Source: Sneathiella sp.
GTDB lineage: Bacteria; Pseudomonadota; Alphaproteobacteria; Sneathiellales; Sneathiellaceae
Length of the DNA stretch: 32,000 nucleotides
Reading direction: 5' to 3'
Assembly (NCBI GenBank): GCA_965228285.1
Contig: OZ245808.1
Location: 1,631,675-1,663,674, forward strand
The notes beneath the pieces were generated by a model. The model ran no database searches, had not been told where the DNA came from, and saw only the letters and a program-made list of their open reading frames with translations. Position 1 is the first letter of the stretch, and each line of letters opens with the position of its first letter. A program made the position numbers and the translations under genes. Shown here piece after piece: positions 18,822 through 32,000 of the stretch.

Positions 18822-19589
18822 TTATTCTTCAGCCGGTGTTTCATCAGCCGGCACCTGTTCCGCCGGAGTATCGGCAGCACCGTCTGCTTCCTCAACCGGA
18901 GCTTCTGCAGCGGCGGAAGCCGCGACGCCAGCCGGATAAGGCGCATTATCAGGACGTGCTTTCTTCACAGCATCTGCCACAAAGACCCAGGATCCTTTGG
19001 AGCCCGGAACCGCACCACGAACAAGAACGAGTCCCCGCTCCGTATCCGTAGACACCACTTTCAGATTCTGTGTCGTTACCCGTGCCGCCCCCATGTGACC
19101 GGCCATTTTCTTACCCTTGAAAACCTTGCCCGGATCCTGACACTGGCCCGTAGAGCCATGTGCACGGTGAGAGACCGAGACACCATGGGTTGCCCGCATG
19201 CCACCAAAGTTATGACGCTTCATGGCGCCGGCAAATCCTTTACCGATGCTCGTGCCAACCACATCCACATACTGATCAGCGACAAAGTGATCGACTGTGA
19301 TCTCTGTTCCGATCTCGACGAAGGCATCGTCATTGACCCGGAATTCGGCCAGCTTCATTTTCGGCTCGACCTTCGATTTGGCAAAATGTCCGCGCATGGC
19401 CTTATTGACATTTTTGACCTTAGCCTTGCCAACACCCAGCTGCATGGCATCATAGCCATGGGTTTCGGCTTTGCGATGGGCCACCACCTGGCAGTTTTCC
19501 ACCTCAAGAACCGTGACCGGTACATGTGCGCCATCGTCAGAAAAGACGCGGGTCATGCCCAGTTTTTTTGCGATCAATCCACTACGCAT
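18822..19589 (-). CDS. rplC: 50S ribosomal protein L3 with an acidic Ala/Pro/Glu-rich C-terminal extension
   Basis: From ATG 19589 the sequence is [20 protein letters not shown]... (255 aa), which is the family-typical N-terminus, with GGGGTGAG upstream. The ORF track starts at GTG 19598, which overlaps the rpsJ stop. Confidence 0.95.
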   Translation of the reverse strand: MRSGLIAKKLGMTRVFSDDGAHVPVTVLEVENCQVVAHRKAETHGYDAMQLGVGKAKVKNVNKAMRGHFAKSKVEPKMKLAEFRVNDDAFVEIGTEITVDHFVADQYVDVVGTSIGKGFAGAMKRHNFGGMRATHGVSVSHRAHGSTGQCQDPGKVFKGKKMAGHMGAARVTTQNLKVVSTDTERGLVLVRGAVPGSKGSWVFVADAVKKARPDNAPYPAGVAASAAAEAPVEEADGAADTPAEQVPADETPAEE

Positions 19590-19594
19590 TTGGC

Positions 19595-19909
19595 TCACCC
19601 CAACAACTTAATGGACACATCTACGCCAGCGGCGAGGTCCAGCTTCATCAGTGCGTCCACCGTTTGCGGCGTTGGCTCGACGATATCCAGAAGACGCTTA
19701 TGGGTCCGGATTTCGAACTGCTCCCGTGACTTCTTGTCAATATGCGGTCCGCGCAGGACCGTATATTTGTCAATATGCGTTGGCAGGGGGATAGGTCCAC
19801 GGACTTGCGCACCCGTGCGCTTGGCCGTATTGACGATTTCACCTGTTGACGCATCAAGAACACGATGATCATACGCTTTGAGGCGGATGCGGATATTTTG
19901 GTTTTCCAT
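19595..19909 (-). CDS. rpsJ: 30S ribosomal protein S10
   Basis: From ATG 19909 the sequence is [21 protein letters not shown]... (104 aa). The ORF track starts 4 codons upstream, at GTG 19921. Confidence 0.95.
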   Translation of the reverse strand: MENQNIRIRLKAYDHRVLDASTGEIVNTAKRTGAQVRGPIPLPTHIDKYTVLRGPHIDKKSREQFEIRTHKRLLDIVEPTPQTVDALMKLDLAAGVDVSIKLLG

Positions 19910-19927
19910 TACTCTGGTCACTCCAGA

Positions 19928-19956
19928 AGAGAAACAAAGCAGCCCCGAAGGGCTGC
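19928..19956 (-). terminator. Rho-independent terminator or attenuator hairpin between tuf and rpsJ
   Basis: The minus-strand RNA reads GCAGCCC UUCG GGGCUGC UUUGUUUCUCUU. It has a perfect 7-bp GC-rich stem and a UUCG tetraloop. It begins 10 nt after the tuf stop, and its U tract ends about 20 nt before the rpsJ ATG. Confidence 0.7.
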
Positions 19957-19966
19957 AAATTCAATC

Positions 19967-21157
19967 TTATTTAGTTACGTTAGCGACGACGCCGGCGCCG
20001 ACGGTGCGGCCGCCTTCGCGGATGGCGAAACGCAGGCCTTCATCCATGGCGATCGGCGCAATCAGCTCCACATCCATGGTCACATTGTCACCCGGCATCA
20101 CCATTTCCGTCCCATCCGGAAGCGACACAACACCTGTCACATCCGTGGTCCGGAAGTAGAACTGCGGACGGTAGTTGGTGAAGAACGGCGTATGACGACC
20201 GCCCTCGTCCTTCGTCAGGATATAAGCTTCCGCCTTGAAGTTCGTATGCGGTGTGATCGATCCCGGCTTCGCCAGAACCTGTCCCCGCTCAACCTCATCG
20301 CGCTTCGTGCCCCGTAAGAGAACACCCACATTATCGCCAGCCTCCCCACGGTCCAGAAGCTTGCGGAACATCTCAACACCGGTACAGGTCGTCTTCGTCG
20401 TATCCTTGATACCAACGATTTCAATCTCGTCACCGACATTCACAACGCCGCTCTCAATTCGACCCGTCACAACCGTGCCACGCCCCGAAATAGAGAACAC
20501 ATCCTCAATCGGCATCAGGAAGCTCTTGTCAATGTCACGATCCGGCTGCGGGATATACTCATCAACCGCAGACATCAGTTCCATGATCTTATCAGCGCCA
20601 ATCTCAGGATCCCGGCCTTCCAACGCCGCCAAAGCAGACCCCGCAACAATCGGGATATCATCCCCCGGGAAGTCATACTCAGACAGAAGCTCGCGGATCT
20701 CCATCTCAACAAGCTCCAGAAGCTCCTCGTCATCCACCTGGTCAACCTTGTTCATGAACACGACAAGCGCCGGAACACCCACCTGGCGGGCCAGAAGGAT
20801 ATGCTCCCGGGTCTGCGGCATCGGGCCGTCCGCGGCGGACACAACCAAAATCGCTCCGTCCATCTGAGCCGCACCCGTGATCATGTTCTTCACATAATCC
20901 GCATGGCCCGGGCAGTCCACATGGGCGTAGTGACGGTTCTCCGTCTCATATTCAACATGGGCCGTCGAAATCGTAATACCACGCGCCTTCTCTTCCGGCG
21001 CCTTGTCAATCTCGTCAAACGCAAACGCAGCGCCCCCGCCCGCTTCCGCAAGCACCTTCGTGATCGCCGCCGTCAACGTCGTCTTACCATGGTCAACATG
21101 ACCAATCGTTCCTATGTTGCAATGCGGCTTACTACGATCAAATTTCTCTTTGGCCAT
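19967..21157 (-). CDS. tuf: Elongation factor Tu
   Basis: [37 protein letters not shown]...; 396 aa. Confidence 0.99.
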   Translation of the reverse strand: MAKEKFDRSKPHCNIGTIGHVDHGKTTLTAAITKVLAEAGGGAAFAFDEIDKAPEEKARGITISTAHVEYETENRHYAHVDCPGHADYVKNMITGAAQMDGAILVVSAADGPMPQTREHILLARQVGVPALVVFMNKVDQVDDEELLELVEMEIRELLSEYDFPGDDIPIVAGSALAALEGRDPEIGADKIMELMSAVDEYIPQPDRDIDKSFLMPIEDVFSISGRGTVVTGRIESGVVNVGDEIEIVGIKDTTKTTCTGVEMFRKLLDRGEAGDNVGVLLRGTKRDEVERGQVLAKPGSITPHTNFKAEAYILTKDEGGRHTPFFTNYRPQFYFRTTDVTGVVSLPDGTEMVMPGDNVTMDVELIAPIAMDEGLRFAIREGGRTVGAGVVANVTK

Positions 21158-21194
21158 TTTATCTCTCCGTTATCTCCGGCTGCCCCAGATCTTG

Positions 21195-23270
21195 TTATGC
21201 TAATTTCGCCAGAACTTCGTCTGAGACGTGTTGTGGCACTGGTTCATAATGATCAAACACCATGGTGAAGGTTGCCCGGCCTTGTGTCTGGGAGCGAAGA
21301 TTGTTCACATATCCAAACATGTTGGCCAGCGGCACCATAGCGTTGACGACTTGCGCGACACCGCGCTGTTCCGTTCCGGTCACCTGACCGCGGCGACTGT
21401 TCAGGTCACCCATGACATCCCCGATATATTCATCAGGTGTCACAATCTCGACCTTCATCATCGGCTCAAGCAGACGCAGCCCGGCTTTACGGGCAACTTC
21501 CCGCATGGCTGAGCGACCGGCGATTTCAAAGGCCATGACCGAACTATCAACATCATGGAAAGCACCGTCGACAAGCTGTACATCCACATCAATCAGTGGG
21601 AAGCCGGCCAGAACACCGGTTTCAACGATGTCTTTAACACCTTTCTCAACACCCGGGATGTATTCCTTGGGAACCGCACCACCGGTAATCGTGTCACTGA
21701 AGGTAAAGCCGGCACCCGGCTCACCTGGCTGAACAACAAGCTTGATGCGGGCAAACTGACCGGACCCGCCAGACTGTTTCTTATGGGTATAGTCGAGCTC
21801 GGCCTGCTGGGTAATGCTTTCACGATAGGCGACCTGCGGGGCGCCAATATTCGCTTCAACACCGAATTCACGCTTCATGCGGTCCACGAGAATATCGAGA
21901 TGCAGCTCGCCCATTCCCTTGATGATGGTCTGACCACTTTCATAATCACTGGTTACCCGGAAAGACGGATCTTCCTGGGCCAGACGATTGAGGGCAACAC
22001 CCATTTTTTCCTGGTCTGTCTTGGTCTTAGGCTCAACCGCAATCTCAATAACGGGCTCTGGGAATTCCATCCGCTCGAGAATGACAGGTTTCGCAGAGTC
22101 ACAGAGGGTATCCCCCGTGGTTGTGCTTTTAAGACCGGCAATAGCAATGATATCACCCGCGCGGGCTTCCTTGACGTCTTCCCGGCTGTTGGCGTGCATC
22201 TGAAGCATGCGCCCAACCCGCTCACGGGTATCCTTAACAGAGTTAAGTGTCTGAGTTCCTGCCTCAAGCACCCCTGAATAGACACGCACGAATGTCAGAG
22301 AACCGACAAACGGGTCCGTCATAACTTTAAAGGCAAGACCGGCAAATGGCTCATCATCAGACGGCATACGCTTAATTTCTTCGTTCGTCTTAACGTCAAT
22401 ACCATCCGTTCCGCCGATATCAGTTGGAGACGGCATGAAATCAATCACAGCATCAAGAAGCGGCTGTACACCCTTGTTTTTAAAAGCCGTCCCGGTCAGG
22501 ACAGGTACAAATGTCGCGTCCAGCGTTCCCCGACGAATACAGCGCCGCAGGGTATCTTCGTCCGGTTCATTGCCTTCCAAATAGGCCTCAAGAACCTCTT
22601 CGTCTGTTTCAATGGCCGTTTCCAGCATCGCTTCGCGGTACTCTGCCGCCTTGTCAGCCAGGTCATCCCGGATATCGCGATATTCAAAGGCCGCGCCCAT
22701 TTCCTCGCCGGTCCAGACGATTTCCTTCATCCTGATCAGATCAACAACACCTTCGAAATCCGCTTCGGATCCGATCGGCAGCTGCAGAACAAGTGGCTTG
22801 GCACCCAAACGGGTTTTGAACATTTCAACGCAGTTGTAGAAATCAGCGCCGGTCCGGTCCATTTTATTGACAAAGCACATGCGCGGAACGCGGTATTTGT
22901 CGGCCTGACGCCAGACAGTCTCAGACTGCGGCTCAACTCCGGCAACCCCGTCAAACACGGCTACCGCACCGTCAAGAACACGAAGCGACCGTTCAACTTC
23001 AATCGTGAAGTCAACATGGCCTGGTGTATCAATGATGTTGATCCGGTGATCATTCCAGAAACAGGTCGTCGCCGCGGAGGTAATGGTAATTCCCCGCTCC
23101 TGCTCCTGCTCCATCCAGTCCATGGTCGCTGCACCGTCATGCACCTCACCGATTTTGTGAGACACACCCGTGTAATACAGAATGCGTTCTGTGGTGGTTG
23201 TTTTACCGGCATCAATATGGGCCATAATCCCGATGTTGCGGTATCTTTCGATGGGCGTTGTGCGTGCCAT
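21195..23270 (-). CDS. fusA: Elongation factor G
   Basis: [35 protein letters not shown]...; 691 aa. Confidence 0.99.
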   Translation of the reverse strand: MARTTPIERYRNIGIMAHIDAGKTTTTERILYYTGVSHKIGEVHDGAATMDWMEQEQERGITITSAATTCFWNDHRINIIDTPGHVDFTIEVERSLRVLDGAVAVFDGVAGVEPQSETVWRQADKYRVPRMCFVNKMDRTGADFYNCVEMFKTRLGAKPLVLQLPIGSEADFEGVVDLIRMKEIVWTGEEMGAAFEYRDIRDDLADKAAEYREAMLETAIETDEEVLEAYLEGNEPDEDTLRRCIRRGTLDATFVPVLTGTAFKNKGVQPLLDAVIDFMPSPTDIGGTDGIDVKTNEEIKRMPSDDEPFAGLAFKVMTDPFVGSLTFVRVYSGVLEAGTQTLNSVKDTRERVGRMLQMHANSREDVKEARAGDIIAIAGLKSTTTGDTLCDSAKPVILERMEFPEPVIEIAVEPKTKTDQEKMGVALNRLAQEDPSFRVTSDYESGQTIIKGMGELHLDILVDRMKREFGVEANIGAPQVAYRESITQQAELDYTHKKQSGGSGQFARIKLVVQPGEPGAGFTFSDTITGGAVPKEYIPGVEKGVKDIVETGVLAGFPLIDVDVQLVDGAFHDVDSSVMAFEIAGRSAMREVARKAGLRLLEPMMKVEIVTPDEYIGDVMGDLNSRRGQVTGTEQRGVAQVVNAMVPLANMFGYVNNLRSQTQGRATFTMVFDHYEPVPQHVSDEVLAKLA

Positions 23271-23310
23271 GTCCGAAATCCTAATTGAAACTTGCGTTTA
23301 CGTAATTCAG

Positions 23311-24164
<854 letters not shown>

Positions 24165-24335
24165 TCTTGTTCCTATCAAATTCATACCGCAAATAGCACA
24201 GCCGCGGGCAGCTGCGGCTCTGCTCGCGGTCGGGGTTTTTTGCGTCCACCCGAAAAGACTTAACACGCACGTTTTTTGACAAAATCCTGACGACGTGCGG
24301 AAATATACAAAACACTACTGTTGTCAGGAGCGCGC

Positions 24336-24364
24336 AATATATGGGGGAGACCCACCCCAGTCAA
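24336..24364 (-). promoter_or_regulatory. Candidate sigma70 promoter of the str operon: TTGACT, 17-nt spacer, TATATT
   Basis: On the minus strand, TTGACT occupies 24364..24359 and TATATT occupies 24341..24336, separated by 17 nt. GCGCGC (24335..24330), a GC-rich discriminator, follows directly. An AT-rich tract (24378..24395) lies 14-31 nt upstream of the -35 and resembles an UP element. Confidence 0.6.
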
Positions 24365-24484
24365 GCAGAAAAGACTGCATTTTTATTAATCTTTTCACTC
24401 AGCAAATTTGAGACTTTCCCACCCCCTAAATTGGGAGCCAATATGGCAATCCTGAGGCACTCAAGATCCTGCCAAAACAAACGT

Positions 24485-24513
24485 AAAAAACGACGCCCAA
24501 ATCCGGGCGCCGT
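24485..24513 (-). terminator. Rho-independent terminator downstream of rpoC
   Basis: The minus-strand RNA reads ACGGCGCCC GGAUUU GGGCGUCGU UUUUU. The stem is 9 bp with one G-U pair, followed by a U tract. It begins 59 nt after the rpoC stop. Confidence 0.75.
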
Positions 24514-24571
24514 TTTTATTTTTGCATCCAAATCTCCACCTCCCGTCACCGGGAAAGTGGGTTTCAGATGA

Positions 24572-28774
<4,203 letters not shown>

Positions 28775-28878
28775 CTATTTTATCCCGGCGTCCCGGGCGG
28801 CGCGCATTTGCGGCCAAAAAAACTATATCAGTTGCGAAATCAAAGCGGGGCCCAGCTGTGGCCGGGCCCGCCAGATTT

Positions 28879-32000
<3,122 letters not shown>

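Noticed and set aside
18516-19868. A 450-aa ORF on the plus strand, antisense to rplD, rplC and rpsJ. It is the longest unannotated ORF in the track.
   Set aside because: This is a shadow ORF. Its frame is codon-aligned with rplD and rplC: third-codon positions 18807 and 19596 and the ORF start 18516 are all 0 mod 3. Stops can therefore arise only where the sense gene uses TTA, CTA or TCA, and highly expressed genes avoid those codons. The translation is low-complexity with no recognisable motif, no Shine-Dalgarno and no promoter.
24413-24558. An 8-nt inverted repeat, ACTTTCCC (24413..24420) and GGGAAAGT (24551..24558), brackets the rpoC terminator.
   Set aside because: A single 8-mer inverted match within a region of about 400 nt is roughly what chance predicts. 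There is no additional flanking complementarity.
24341-24571. A 76-aa plus-strand ORF and a 62-aa minus-strand ORF (24361..24549) in the rpoC-rpsL spacer.
   Set aside because: They run straight through the rpoC terminator hairpin and the candidate promoter. They have no Shine-Dalgarno and no recognisable sequence features.

Overview
All genes in this window lie on the minus strand, and together they form a core housekeeping block with the gene order typical of Alphaproteobacteria. From right to left the order is: rpoB (5' end off-window), rpoC, then rpsL-rpsG-fusA-tuf (str), then rpsJ to rpsQ (S10). Next come rplN to secY-adk (spc), rpsM-rpsK-rpoA-rplQ (alpha), degP-rarA-crcB-rluC, and leuA (3' end off-window). 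leuA is absent from the supplied ORF track because it has no stop codon in the window; I found it by manual translation. Several ORF-track entries carry false N-terminal extensions, which I trimmed using family-typical N-termini, Shine-Dalgarno spacing and stop/start overlaps. I found no rRNA, tRNA, CRISPR array, transposase, integrase, phage, toxin-antitoxin or defence-like gene, and every ORF of credible length is accounted for by a universally conserved family. I therefore see no evidence of a novel biological system here and regard this as an ordinary core region. What remains of interest is non-coding. (1) The 381-nt rluC-leuA spacer holds a promoter-like element, a Leu-rich 18-codon mini-ORF and mutually exclusive hairpins, which may be a leucine leader. 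(2) The 407-nt rpoC-rpsL spacer holds a terminator, a near-consensus promoter with a GC-rich discriminator and a structured leader. (3) A near-consensus promoter and a structured leader sit in front of rpsM, in an alpha operon that lacks rpsD. (4) A UUCG-tetraloop terminator hairpin sits directly in front of rpsJ. All promoter, terminator and leader calls come from reading the sequence by eye and are unverified.
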